From an uncultured delta proteobacterium (GTDB taxonomy: Bacteria > Desulfobacterota > Binatia > UBA9968): a stretch of DNA of 64,000 bases. The notes beneath the pieces were generated by a model that searched no databases, was not told the origin of the DNA, and worked only from the letters and a program-made list of their open reading frames with translations. Both the position numbers and the translations under genes were made by a program. Location of the stretch: positions 1-64,000 of the forward strand of contig CAVSHR010000014.1 of the NCBI GenBank assembly GCA_963727625.1. Reading direction: 5' to 3'. Shown piece after piece: positions 27,545-37,833 of this stretch (position 1 is the first letter of the stretch; each line of letters opens with the position of its first letter).

Positions 27545-28987
27545 TTACCTCAGGCCAAAGAAAGTGCGGCCGAACTTGCCGAGAACTTGCTTCCTCAGCT
27601 CGGGGCTGGTTTCGGCGACTTCGGGGAATTTAGCCATCCATTCATAGGGCCGACAGGCGTCGATCACCGCGCGCGAGTTCAAGAAGATTTTCGAATCCGG
27701 ATGAATCATCGGATCGAGAGAGCTCGACCAGCAACGGCGCTGAATATCGATGTCCTGCGCCGGATCGCAGCGCGTCGATAACGCCCAGACCACGTCGTCC
27801 ATGCGCGTCGGATCGATGTCCTCGTCGACGACGATGGTGAAGCGATTTTGATAGCCGCCGGAAAAACACTGTGACGCGATCATGCCGGCTTGCTTCATGT
27901 GACCGGGGTAGCGTTGCTTGATCGCGACGACAGTAAATTGCCGCGGCCCCGGCTCGTGCGACCAGACGCCGCGAATGTCCGGCACGCCGGCCCTTTCGAG
28001 CTCCTCCCAAACATGCGCCGAGCGCGTGATTGCGCGCAGCAAAGTCAAAGTGTGCGGCGGGCGCGCCGGATTGGCACAGGAGAGAATCGGATCGTTGCGC
28101 TGCAGCACGCGTTTGACGCGGATGAACGGCTCCATGCTTTTGGGGCTCGCATAGTAGCCGGGCCATTCGCCGAAGGGCCCTTCCTCCTTGAGTTCGCCCG
28201 GTCTGATTTCTCCTTCGAGAACGATTTCTGCATCGGAGGGATAGGGCAGGCCGGTGATGTCGCTGCGAATGACCTGTGTGGGGGCGCCGCGCAAGCCGCC
28301 GGCGAAATCGAACTCGCTCACGCCAGCCGGCACGGGACAGGAGGCGGCGAACCAATCGAGCGGGTCACCGCCGAGGACGACGTTGACCGGCATCGGCAAT
28401 TTTTTTTCGAAATATTTTTGCTTGTGGATGTAGCCGTGTTTTCCCGGGCCTATATAAATACTCGCCGTGTTTCGATCCTGCGCCATGATCCGGTAGGTGC
28501 CGACGTTGACCCAATCGGAGTCAGGATCCTTGGTGATGACCAGATGGCCGGTGCCGAGATAACGGCCACCATCCTTTTCGTGCAGCAGCGGCGCGGGGAA
28601 ATCGAGCAGGTTCACGTCATCGTCTTCCCGCGCGTTTTCATGCACCGGGCCGGTATGGACGTCCCGCCGCGGCAGCGGCACACATCGCTTCATCGTCTCA
28701 TGGTACATTCGGGTGAATTGCAAAACGTGCTCGAAAGGTTCGGTGATGCCGAGCGTCAGCGCGATGCGCTGCGGCGAGGCAAAATGGCCGAATAGCGCGC
28801 GATAACCGGGTTTGTGATCTTTGATCCGGTCGAAAATCAGCGCCGGCGCATAGGGCGGATGCTCGCGGTAGAGCACGTCGACGATGGCGCCCATCTCGAG
28901 GTTCCAGTCGACGTCCTCGATCATCGTAAGCTCGCCTCGTTGGTCAATTTGCGCCAACCAGTCGCGCAGGCCTTGGTAGTTGGTCAT
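27545..28987 (-). CDS. UbiD family (prFMN) decarboxylase
   Basis: DGGRYLGT, NVGTYR, EGPFGEWPGYY, VDEDIDP, IDACRP. Confidence 0.95.
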   Translation of the reverse strand: MTNYQGLRDWLAQIDQRGELTMIEDVDWNLEMGAIVDVLYREHPPYAPALIFDRIKDHKPGYRALFGHFASPQRIALTLGITEPFEHVLQFTRMYHETMKRCVPLPRRDVHTGPVHENAREDDDVNLLDFPAPLLHEKDGGRYLGTGHLVITKDPDSDWVNVGTYRIMAQDRNTASIYIGPGKHGYIHKQKYFEKKLPMPVNVVLGGDPLDWFAASCPVPAGVSEFDFAGGLRGAPTQVIRSDITGLPYPSDAEIVLEGEIRPGELKEEGPFGEWPGYYASPKSMEPFIRVKRVLQRNDPILSCANPARPPHTLTLLRAITRSAHVWEELERAGVPDIRGVWSHEPGPRQFTVVAIKQRYPGHMKQAGMIASQCFSGGYQNRFTIVVDEDIDPTRMDDVVWALSTRCDPAQDIDIQRRCWSSSLDPMIHPDSKIFLNSRAVIDACRPYEWMAKFPEVAETSPELRKQVLGKFGRTFFGLR

Positions 28988-29089
28988 CGTCGCTCCTTCG
29001 CCGAATTTTAACGCGGAGATCCCAAACGTCGCAAAGTAACGGCAGGGCATGCCGTGTCCCGCTCCCGCGATCGTTTCGTTGAAATTGAT

Positions 29090-30568
29090 CTAAGCGGGAG
29101 GCGCGGCAACCGCTGATTTCGCAAGCGTGAGCGAGATTCCGTCTCTGCGAATAGAGATCTGATTATAGTCTTTCTTCGTGCTCAGTTGTTCGATCAGCTG
29201 TAAGAGCGATTCTTTGCCGTCGAGTTGCGGCTTGGGAGCACTGGCGGTCGAGAGCGCATCGACCGCCTCCGGGCCGGCGTAAAGCCGGAGCAACAACTCC
29301 TCGTCCGATATCGCCGCACCGTATTTTTGCCGAACTTCATACAAGCTCGGATCCGGCGCCGTCCAGGTCTCCCATTCTTTTGCCCGGCGTCGGCCCAAAA
29401 TCTTGTCTTTGACATCCGGCGCCATGATTTCGGGCGCCTCTTTACCCCAGATGCCCAAAGCGTATTGGATCACTTGATCGGTGACTTCTTTGTAGCGCTC
29501 GCCGACCATGACGTTGATCGCCGCCTGGCTGACGACGAACTGCGACAGCGGCGTGACCATGATCGGGTAGCCGAAGTCGGCGCGCACACGCGCGGCTTCT
29601 TCCAGGGTCGCCGCCAGTTTGTGTTCTTGGCCGATCACTTTGAGCTGATGGTGTAGATTGGAAATCACGCCGCCGGGAACCTGGTGCAAATACTGCGACT
29701 CGTCGTAGGCGAAGGGTTTGCCGATAGCGAGGCCCTGGGCTTTGGCAACGGCGGTAAAGTGTTCCTCGACGGGCTGCACCGCTTGATCATTCACCATCGG
29801 CGTGTAGCCGAGGGCGCGGAGATTTCTCGCGACATTCAATACCGAAGGCTGCGACGAGCCGTTGGCGAGCGGCGGTACCGCGGTGTGCAGCGCGGTGATA
29901 CCAAGCTTGACGGCCTCGAGATAACAGATCGGCGCCAAACCGTTATTACAGTGCGCGTGGTACTCGACCGGGACATTGCCGGCGTTTTGCAAGATGGCCG
30001 GCAGCAAAGTTCGCGCCCGCCCCGGCGTGAGCAGCCCGCCCACGTCCTTGAAGCAGATGCGGTAGGGCCGGATCGCCGCCGCTTCGCGCGCTTTTCGCGC
30101 GTAATAGGCGTCGGTGTGGCGCGGCGAAACGGTGTAGATCAGATTGACGATCGTGTCCATGCCCAAGTTTCTGAGGTCGCGCAGTTCGCCGCGCATCTCT
30201 TCAAAATCATTCCAGCAGTTGGAGGTGCGCGTCTGCGTGATCCCATAAGACACGACGCGCTCGGCGAGCAGCTTCATGGCGGCCTGGGGCAGCTTCTCCA
30301 TGGCGCCGGAGCCGTGCAGGCCGCCGTGATTGCGCAAGCGCGTGCGGTGGAATCGTTTGACTCCCTCGCGCAGCCAGATCCAGGGGTTTTCTTTATGTTC
30401 GCGGACATATTTCTTGATCATGATCGAGACAAAAAATTCCATCGACTCGAAGCCGATGCGATCCATTTGCGCCGCGATCGGCAGCATCGCTGCCGTTTTC
30501 ATGCCCAGCGCCCAGAGGCTCTGTTGACCGTCGCGCAGGGTGGTATCGATGAAATGGATGTCAGGCAT
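29090..30568 (-). CDS. Pyruvate carboxyltransferase / oxaloacetate decarboxylase alpha-like subunit
   Basis: DTTLRDGQQSLW, FKDVGGLL, HAHCN, HQVPGG, GYPIMVTPLSQ. Confidence 0.9.
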   Translation of the reverse strand: MPDIHFIDTTLRDGQQSLWALGMKTAAMLPIAAQMDRIGFESMEFFVSIMIKKYVREHKENPWIWLREGVKRFHRTRLRNHGGLHGSGAMEKLPQAAMKLLAERVVSYGITQTRTSNCWNDFEEMRGELRDLRNLGMDTIVNLIYTVSPRHTDAYYARKAREAAAIRPYRICFKDVGGLLTPGRARTLLPAILQNAGNVPVEYHAHCNNGLAPICYLEAVKLGITALHTAVPPLANGSSQPSVLNVARNLRALGYTPMVNDQAVQPVEEHFTAVAKAQGLAIGKPFAYDESQYLHQVPGGVISNLHHQLKVIGQEHKLAATLEEAARVRADFGYPIMVTPLSQFVVSQAAINVMVGERYKEVTDQVIQYALGIWGKEAPEIMAPDVKDKILGRRRAKEWETWTAPDPSLYEVRQKYGAAISDEELLLRLYAGPEAVDALSTASAPKPQLDGKESLLQLIEQLSTKKDYNQISIRRDGISLTLAKSAVAAPPA

Positions 30569-30580
30569 GGGGCGGTTCAA

Positions 30581-30658
30581 TGGTTGGAATGCTGGCGTAG
30601 TGGAGTATTGGGTTTGGATTCCATCCCTCCATCATGCCACTCCTCCAACACTCCAATC
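30581..30658. repeat. Intergenic GGAGTA/ACTCCA octamer hairpin element
   Basis: tggaatgc/tggagtat units mirrored by ccactcc/aacactcca. Confidence 0.5.
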
Positions 30659-30660
30659 TG

Positions 30661-31641
30661 CTATTTCGTCGTCGGTACGGATTTACTTGCCAGCAGCTCT
30701 TTTAAGATCGAATAGTCCGCTAGTTTGCTGCGGTCAAGCGTCGCGGCCCGTTTATCGATGTAGGTCATCATCTTGACCAGGTTTTCGACGGCGGCGTCGG
30801 GCGGCAGCAGATCGACGGTGGCGCGCTGGCGCATCTGCTCGTAGGCGTGATCGAGGGTTTCTTTGTCGTCGGTTTGGATGATTCGCTTCAAGACTTGCAC
30901 TGAACCTTCCTTATTCGTCATCATGTAATGGGTGGCTTCCAAGTAGGCTTTGACGAATCGCACCCATTTGCCGCGGTTCGCTTTGAGCGATGCCACTGTG
31001 ACCGTGATCGGGCCGTTCATGAACGGAGTTTTTCGTCCGGCGACCAGGTGGAAGCCCATCTTTTTCATCTTGGGCTCGAAGGCGAAATCCACTGGCGCCG
31101 CGTCAATGCCGCCGCGAATCAGCGCGGCCAATCTTTCTTGAGAGCCGCCAAGCTGCAGCAGGATCACATCCTTCGAAGGGTTAAGACCGGCGTCTTCGAG
31201 CATGACGCGGAGAATCAAGGACGATTTACCCCCGAGGCGATTGATACCGATTTTTTTGCCGCGCAATTGCGACAGATTGTCGATCTTTTCGCGGCTGATC
31301 ATGGTGTAGGAGACGAGATTGTCCCAGCTGCCGAGAGAGACCACCGGCACCCCCTGGATATTCGATTGCACCAGACCGGTGGGCGCGCCGGAGGTAGCAT
31401 CGATATCGCCGGAGATGAGCGCTTGATAGGTGGTCGGTTCGCTGTTGATCCGGATGATCTCGTCCTTGATGCCGTTCTTCTCGAAGAAACCTTTCTCGTG
31501 CGCGATAAATACCGGGTAAGAAACCGTGGGAAACAACGGCACGCCGATGCGCACCCGGTCTCGCCCGAAACCGGTGGCGGGCAGAAAGATGCAAAGCGAT
31601 AGAACGAGCGCTGACAAGGCTAGGAACTTCATTCGTTTCAT
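30661..31641 (-). CDS. NitT/TauT-type ABC substrate-binding protein
   Basis: Signal peptide, AHEKGFFEKNG, LRGKKIG, RLAALIRGGIDA. Confidence 0.9.
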   Translation of the reverse strand: MKRMKFLALSALVLSLCIFLPATGFGRDRVRIGVPLFPTVSYPVFIAHEKGFFEKNGIKDEIIRINSEPTTYQALISGDIDATSGAPTGLVQSNIQGVPVVSLGSWDNLVSYTMISREKIDNLSQLRGKKIGINRLGGKSSLILRVMLEDAGLNPSKDVILLQLGGSQERLAALIRGGIDAAPVDFAFEPKMKKMGFHLVAGRKTPFMNGPITVTVASLKANRGKWVRFVKAYLEATHYMMTNKEGSVQVLKRIIQTDDKETLDHAYEQMRQRATVDLLPPDAAVENLVKMMTYIDKRAATLDRSKLADYSILKELLASKSVPTTK

Positions 31642-31860
31642 GGCACCTCCGTATTCACGCTGTACCGTTTACCGCCCGCATTATGGTTTAGGTCTATGAA
31701 AAGTTGCAAGCCGATTTTGCCTTTGGCCACGGTTCCAAGGTTCGAAACGAGCACAAGGTTGGCGGCGTTTAATGTGGATTCGCCTTCGATAAAACGCCAG
31801 CGAAGTTCGTGCGACTCCGTCGGGGGGAAAATTTAGCGTTGGGTTATTTCTAAAGTTAGG

Positions 31861-31889
31861 TTGACTTTGCCGACCGGGCGGAGTAGTAT
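31861..31889 (+). promoter_or_regulatory. Sigma70 promoter of the RRM gene
   Basis: TTGACT-17 nt-TAGTAT, giving a ~200 nt leader. Confidence 0.6.
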
Positions 31890-32094
31890 CTCCTATCTTC
31901 ATCAGTATACGGCCTTCTGATAGAGGACATTAAAAAGTTGAAGGCCCCTGTCAGTCTCTTTCCTTGCGAGCAGAAATCTAAAGGATAACCCGACCAGCGT
32001 GCGGTTCAGCAATTTAGACCTCCCATGTTCGGTTCCCGTTAGCAGTTAGTTTCTCAGGGTCAAAGACAATAACATTCTCTGATAGGAGGAGAAC

Positions 32095-32409
32095 ATGGGT
32101 AGTAAATTATATGTCGGCGGCTTGCCCTATTCGGTGACCGGCGACCGATTGCAGGAAATCTTTGCGGAGCATGGCACCGTGGAGTCGGCCAGCGTCATCG
32201 CCGATAAATTCACCGGCCAATCGAGGGGTTTCGGCTTCGTAGAGATGGGCTCCAGCGGCGAGGCGCAAAAGGCGATCGATAGCTTGAACGGAACGCAGCT
32301 CGACGGCCGCACGTTGACGGTCAACGAAGCCAAACCAATGGCTAAGCGCGACAACTTCGGCGGTGGAGCGCGCGGCAACCGCGACGGCGGCAGCCGTAAC
32401 CGCTGGTAG
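32095..32409 (+). CDS. RRM RNA-binding protein
   Basis: RNP2 LYVGGL, RNP1 RGFGFVEM, Gly-rich tail. Confidence 0.95.
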   Translation: MGSKLYVGGLPYSVTGDRLQEIFAEHGTVESASVIADKFTGQSRGFGFVEMGSSGEAQKAIDSLNGTQLDGRTLTVNEAKPMAKRDNFGGGARGNRDGGSRNRW

Positions 32410-32432
32410 TTTTTCGCTAGCGAATAAATTGC

Positions 32433-32465
32433 AAAAGGGCAGCCCTTCGGGTTGCCCTTTTTTTT
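32433..32465 (+). terminator. Rho-independent terminator
   Basis: aaaagggcagccc-ttc-gggttgccctttt followed by a U-tract. Confidence 0.85.
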
Positions 32466-32618
32466 ACCCCGGAGAGTTGGTAGCCAGGGATCAACGGGCC
32501 ACGGGCTATCACGGACAGGGTAAGAGGGTGTGAGTTTTCCGTTTTAGTAATAATAAGGTTTGTCGCAGCATGAAGTTGGCAGCTGGATTTTAATTTTATA
32601 CGGCTAGAACAGAAAGCC

Positions 32619-33773
32619 ATGGAAAGGTTTTTTACCACTTGCCCGCGCGGTCTCGAGCTGCTGCTGGCCGATGAACTGCGGGAACTTAACGCAGAGAAGG
32701 TTCACGCCGTCGGCGGTGGCGTGCAGTTCACAGGCGATTTTTTACTCTGTTACCGGGCCAATCTCGAAAGCCGCCTGGCCAGCCGGATCCTCTGGCAAGT
32801 GGCCGCCGGCGGCTATCGCAATGAAGAGGATATATACCGCGTCGCTTATGCGCCGCGCTGGAGTGATTGGTTCGATTCGGCGCGCACGATTCGCATCGAC
32901 GTCTCGGCGACCAAGAGCCCGCTCGCCAGCCTCAATTTTGTTACGCTTAAAATCAAAGACGCGATATGCGACAAGATCCGCCGGCTTTCGGGTCGCCGTC
33001 CCGGCGTCGATACCCGCGCGCCCGACATTCCGATTCAGGGCCACTTGACCGATCGCGAATTTACCCTCTATCTCGATACAACCGGCGAGCCGCTCTTCAA
33101 GCGCGGCCAGCGCCTGGCCACCGGCGAGGCGCCGCTCAGGGAAAATCTCGCCGCGGGGATTCTACGTCTCGCCGCTTGGACGCCCGGCACGCCGCTCCTC
33201 GATCCCATGTGCGGGAGCGGTACGATCCTGCGCGAAGCGGCGCTTATGGCGCTGGATGTTGCGCCCGGTTTAGGGCGCCACTTTGCGTTCGAAAAATATA
33301 AAAATTTTGACGGGTGGCGCTGGCGCGAGTTGTTGCAGCGAAGAGCCGCGCGGCAGAAGCCCGGAGCGCCGCTGCCGATTTATGGCAGTGATCTATCCGG
33401 CGATGTGCTCAAAACGGCACATGCCAATTTCAGGGCGGCCGGTTTGGAGGACGTGGTCAAACTCAAACGGGCCGACGTCCTGGACCTCACTGCGCCGGCG
33501 AAGGAAGGCATCATCGTCACCAATCCGCCCTACGGCGTGCGCCTGGGTGAACAGCAGCAACTGGCCGAGTTTTATCCCAAGCTCGGCGACCTATTGAAGC
33601 AGCAATTCAGCGGCTGGCGCGCCTATCTGCTGAGCGCCGACATGCGCCTGCCGAAACTCATTCGCCTCGCCGCCTCCAAGCGCACGCCGCTCTTCAACGG
33701 GGCGCTGGAATGCCGCCTGTTCGAGTACAAGCTGGTAGAGGGTGAAATGCGGAAGAACAAAGTTAAACAGTGA
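32619..33773 (+). CDS. rlmL: THUMP-domain 23S rRNA m2G methyltransferase
   Basis: TCPRGLE, EAPLRENLAA, DPMCGSGT, NPPYG. Confidence 0.85.
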   Translation: MERFFTTCPRGLELLLADELRELNAEKVHAVGGGVQFTGDFLLCYRANLESRLASRILWQVAAGGYRNEEDIYRVAYAPRWSDWFDSARTIRIDVSATKSPLASLNFVTLKIKDAICDKIRRLSGRRPGVDTRAPDIPIQGHLTDREFTLYLDTTGEPLFKRGQRLATGEAPLRENLAAGILRLAAWTPGTPLLDPMCGSGTILREAALMALDVAPGLGRHFAFEKYKNFDGWRWRELLQRRAARQKPGAPLPIYGSDLSGDVLKTAHANFRAAGLEDVVKLKRADVLDLTAPAKEGIIVTNPPYGVRLGEQQQLAEFYPKLGDLLKQQFSGWRAYLLSADMRLPKLIRLAASKRTPLFNGALECRLFEYKLVEGEMRKNKVKQ

Positions 33774-33857
33774 GCTGTTCTCTGATGCTTGTCGCGTTGT
33801 TGCTTGTTCCCATTGAAACGCGTTGAACGTATTGATCGATTCTCGCGTCTTGAATTC

Positions 33858-35153
33858 CTAGATGATCGTCCCATCCGGAATGGTTGCGTTCTTGATGATG
33901 ACGACGATGCCGTTCTGGATGACAAAGCCGAGATCTTCCCGGCTGCCTTCCATGACTTCCTCTTTATTTACAATCTGAACGTTGCGGCCGATGCGCGCGT
34001 TTTTGTCGACGATCGCTTTGCGGATCGTCGTATTGGCGCCGACGCCTAAAGGGACGTTACCGCTTTCCAGGCATTGCAATCGTTCGGCTGGCGACTCGTA
34101 AAAGTCCGATCCCATTAAAAGCGTGTTATCGATGACACAGCCGGTTTCAATGCGCGAGCGAATGCCTATGACCGATCGCTTGACGGTGCACTCCTTCAGA
34201 ATGCAGCCTTCACCAACCATCGATTCAATGACTTTACTGTCGAGCAACTTCGTCGGCGGCAGATAGCGTGAGCGCGTGTAGATGGGCGCCTTTTCGTCGT
34301 AAAAGCTGAAAGGCGGAACGGGCTGCTCGGTGAGGGCGAGATTGGCGTGGTAAAACGCTTCGACAGTCCCAATATCTTCCCAGTAGTCGTTGAAAAGATA
34401 GGCCTGCACATTGTGGCCGCTTAACGCCGCAGGCAGAATCTCCCTGCCAAAATCCGTTCGATTGGGATCGTGGCTCAATAAATCGTGCAACACCTGCTTT
34501 TCAAAAACGTAGATGCCCATGGAAGCGATATAAGGTGAATTCTTTGCATCTTCAGCAGGCAGGCCGAGAACGCTCGTGTCCACGCGCATGGACCTGAGCG
34601 CTTGGCCTTTGGGCTTTTCGCTAAACTCCGTCACGCGCCCTGTATTGTCGATCTTCATCAATCCGAAGTCGGAAGCCCGACCCTCATCCACTGGGACTAC
34701 CGATATCGTGATGTCGGCTTTCGTTTCTCGATGACGGTGGATAAAATCGGCGTAATTCATCCGGTACAAATGGTCGCCGGATAGAATCAAATACTGATCG
34801 ACGTCCCACTCCGCGAATAGCCACAGATACTTGCGCACCGCGTCGGCGGTCCCTTCAAACCAACTCGGGCTTTCCTGTGTCTGCTGAGCTGCGAGCACCT
34901 CGACAAAACCCGGAGAGAAGCCTGTGCTGGCCATGGCGTAAGTGCGAGCGATATGCCGGTTGAGAGACGCCGAGTTAAATTGCGTTAGAACATAAATACG
35001 ATGGATTTCAGAGTTGATGCAGTTACTGATGGGAATATCGATCAAGCGATACTTGCCGGCCAGGGGCACCGCCGGCTTGGCGCGTAACTTTGTCAACGGA
35101 TACAGACGAGTCCCGGCGCCACCGCCCAAAATGATCGCCAATACTTTTTTCAC
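33858..35153 (-). CDS. glgC: Glucose-1-phosphate adenylyltransferase
   Basis: [35 protein letters not shown]. Confidence 0.95.
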   Translation of the reverse strand: MKKVLAIILGGGAGTRLYPLTKLRAKPAVPLAGKYRLIDIPISNCINSEIHRIYVLTQFNSASLNRHIARTYAMASTGFSPGFVEVLAAQQTQESPSWFEGTADAVRKYLWLFAEWDVDQYLILSGDHLYRMNYADFIHRHRETKADITISVVPVDEGRASDFGLMKIDNTGRVTEFSEKPKGQALRSMRVDTSVLGLPAEDAKNSPYIASMGIYVFEKQVLHDLLSHDPNRTDFGREILPAALSGHNVQAYLFNDYWEDIGTVEAFYHANLALTEQPVPPFSFYDEKAPIYTRSRYLPPTKLLDSKVIESMVGEGCILKECTVKRSVIGIRSRIETGCVIDNTLLMGSDFYESPAERLQCLESGNVPLGVGANTTIRKAIVDKNARIGRNVQIVNKEEVMEGSREDLGFVIQNGIVVIIKNATIPDGTII

Positions 35154-35547
35154 GAAGCCGCCTTCATGATGCCCTTTTTTGTCTGAAAAAAGATCCCGCT
35201 CGATTGCGTTGTTTCTCACACAATATTCAACGAAGTACGGCTAAGTCAACCTCGCAGGGAAGGGACGCGGCGTTGTAAGGGTAGGTGTCGCGAATCACCG
35301 ACTCCGAGCTCTGAGCGGTGGGTTCGTGAAGCATGTTTGACGGGGCTGACGGGCTATCATTACCAATCGCTTATGCTATACTTACAAAAGATGTAACTAT
35401 TGGCGTCCCGAAGTCCAATCAGAGCATGCTCGGTCCAATCTTGACCGGGTTTCAACGAGGCGGTCCCTATGGGTACCGCCTTTTTGCGTTTAGAGCCCGG
35501 AAATCAGCGCGGGAGCTGGAACCCATGCGATCAACGAGAGGTTACTC

Positions 35548-37833
35548 ATGAACCGGTATGCGAAGCATTCAGATAACGATCGAATTGCCTTTATTGGTAA
35601 CTACTTGCCGCGCCAATGCGGCATTGCCACGTTTACGACAGACCTATGTGAGGCGATCGCCGCCGAACAGCCAGCCGCAACCTGCATTGCCCTGCCGGTA
35701 AACGACATCGAAGGCGGCTATGCCTACCCGTCACGGGTTCGTTTCGAGCTGGTGGAAAGAGACATAGACTCTTATCTCCGCGCCGCCGATTTTTTGAATA
35801 TCAATAGCGTAGATGTCGTGTCCCTGCAGTTCGAATACGGCATATTCGGCGGCCGGGCGGGCAGTCATATTTTGGCATTGCTACGCGAGTTGCGCATGCC
35901 CATCGTCACGACGTTTCACACGATTCTGCGTGAACCGGATACGCAGCAGCGCCGGGTCCTGGAAGAGGTGGCGGCGCTGTCGGATCGCTTGGTCGTCATG
36001 AGCGAATGCGGCGCAACGTTCTTGCGCGAGATTTATCGCGTTTCACCAGAGAAGATCGATCTGATCCCGCATGGAATTCCCGATCTACCCTTCGTTGATC
36101 CTGGCTTTCATAAAGACCTCTTCGGCGTCGAAGGCAAAGTCGTCTTGCTCAGTTTCGGCTTGCTGTCGGCCAACAAAGGCATCGAAAATGTTATCGCGGC
36201 CCTGCCGGCGATTCTCGCCAAGCACCCCAACGTGGTGTATTTCATCGTCGGCGCTACCCACCCGCAGGTGAAGCAGCAGGACGGTGAAACCTATCGTTTA
36301 TCCTTGCAGTGGCTCGCCCAGGAAAAAGGCGTCGAGGGCCAAGTCATTTTTTACAATCAGTTTGTCACGTTGGAAGAACTGGTCGAGTTCATCGGCGCGG
36401 CCGATATTTATATCACGCCCTATCAGAACCCGGCACAAATCGTTTCGGGTACGCTGGCCTATACTCTCGGCGCGGGCAAGGCCGTCATCTCGACGCCCTA
36501 TTGGTACGCCGAAGAAATGCTGGCCGACGAACGGGGCGTGCTGGTGCCGTTCCGCGATCCCGCGGCGTTGGCGGCGCAAGTCATTGACCTATTGGACAAC
36601 GAGGCTAAGCGCCACGCCATGCGCAAGCGCGCTTATATGTTCGGACGGGCAATGATCTGGCCGCAGGTAGCGCGCCGCTATCTGGAGAGTTTTGCGCGAG
36701 CCCGCGCCGAAAAACGCCATTTCACTCCCAATAGTTTCGCCGTTAAGCCGCTCGACCAGCGGCCGGCGGAACTTCCTCCGCTTAAACTGGATCACTTGCG
36801 GCGCATGACCGATGATACCGGCATGTTGCAACACGCTCTCTTTACTGTGCCGAACTACCGTGAAGGGTACACCGTCGATGATAACGCGCGCGCTCTGCTG
36901 GTGAGCGCTCTGCTGGAAGATCTGGGGCACTCGGATTTTTACGAGCTGACGTCTCGCTATCTGGCTTTTATTGGCTACGCTTTCAACTCCGAAACCAAGC
37001 GGTTTCGTAATTTCATGGACTTCCAGCGCCACTGGCTGGAAGACCGCGGCTCAGACGATAGCCACGGCCGCACCTTATGGTCATTGGGCACACAATTGGG
37101 CCGTTCCAAAGTGCCGGCGCTCAATAGTATGGCTGGCGGGCTTTTTGAGCAGGCCTTGCCGGCGATTATCGACACGACGAGCCCGCGGGCTTGGGCTTTC
37201 GCCCTCATCGGTATTCACGAATATCTGCGTCGGTTTGGCGGCGACCGCAGGGCCGGCCACGTGCGCGAGGAATTGGCCGGGCGGCTGCTCACGTTGTATC
37301 AAGCGAATCGGTCGGACAAATGGTGCTGGTTTGAAGAAAGCCTGAGTTATTGCAACGCCGCGCTGCCCCATGCCTTGCTGATGTGCGGTCAATCGATACC
37401 GAACAGCACCATGAACGACGCCGCGCTCGAGTCCCTCAGCTGGCTCGCTGCTATTCAGCGAGACAAGACGAACGGCGGTCATTTTGTGCCGATCGGCTCC
37501 AACGGTTTTTATCAGCGCGGCGGTGACCGAGCCCGCTTCGATCAACAGCCGGTCGAGGCTCAAGGCATGGTATCCGCTTGTCTCGAAGCGCTTCGGATAA
37601 CGGGTGACAAGAACTGGTATAAAGAGGCGCGCCGCGCTTTCGACTGGTTCCTCGGGCGCAACGATCTCAATCTTCCCATCTACGACCCAACGACGGGCGG
37701 TTGTCGCGATGGTTTGCATGCCGACCGCCCTAACGAAAATCAAGGCGCAGAGTCTTGCCTGGCCTTTCTCCAGGCCGCGCTGGAACTGCGACTGGCCGAG
37801 AATACGCTCTTGACCGTGGAGGCGGGATCTTAA
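35548..37833 (+). CDS. GT4 glycosyltransferase with C-terminal (alpha/alpha)-barrel domain
   Basis: PRQCGIATF, FGLLSANKGIE, GYTVDDNARA, FDQQPVEA, NQGAES. Confidence 0.85.
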   Translation: MNRYAKHSDNDRIAFIGNYLPRQCGIATFTTDLCEAIAAEQPAATCIALPVNDIEGGYAYPSRVRFELVERDIDSYLRAADFLNINSVDVVSLQFEYGIFGGRAGSHILALLRELRMPIVTTFHTILREPDTQQRRVLEEVAALSDRLVVMSECGATFLREIYRVSPEKIDLIPHGIPDLPFVDPGFHKDLFGVEGKVVLLSFGLLSANKGIENVIAALPAILAKHPNVVYFIVGATHPQVKQQDGETYRLSLQWLAQEKGVEGQVIFYNQFVTLEELVEFIGAADIYITPYQNPAQIVSGTLAYTLGAGKAVISTPYWYAEEMLADERGVLVPFRDPAALAAQVIDLLDNEAKRHAMRKRAYMFGRAMIWPQVARRYLESFARARAEKRHFTPNSFAVKPLDQRPAELPPLKLDHLRRMTDDTGMLQHALFTVPNYREGYTVDDNARALLVSALLEDLGHSDFYELTSRYLAFIGYAFNSETKRFRNFMDFQRHWLEDRGSDDSHGRTLWSLGTQLGRSKVPALNSMAGGLFEQALPAIIDTTSPRAWAFALIGIHEYLRRFGGDRRAGHVREELAGRLLTLYQANRSDKWCWFEESLSYCNAALPHALLMCGQSIPNSTMNDAALESLSWLAAIQRDKTNGGHFVPIGSNGFYQRGGDRARFDQQPVEAQGMVSACLEALRITGDKNWYKEARRAFDWFLGRNDLNLPIYDPTTGGCRDGLHADRPNENQGAESCLAFLQAALELRLAENTLLTVEAGS

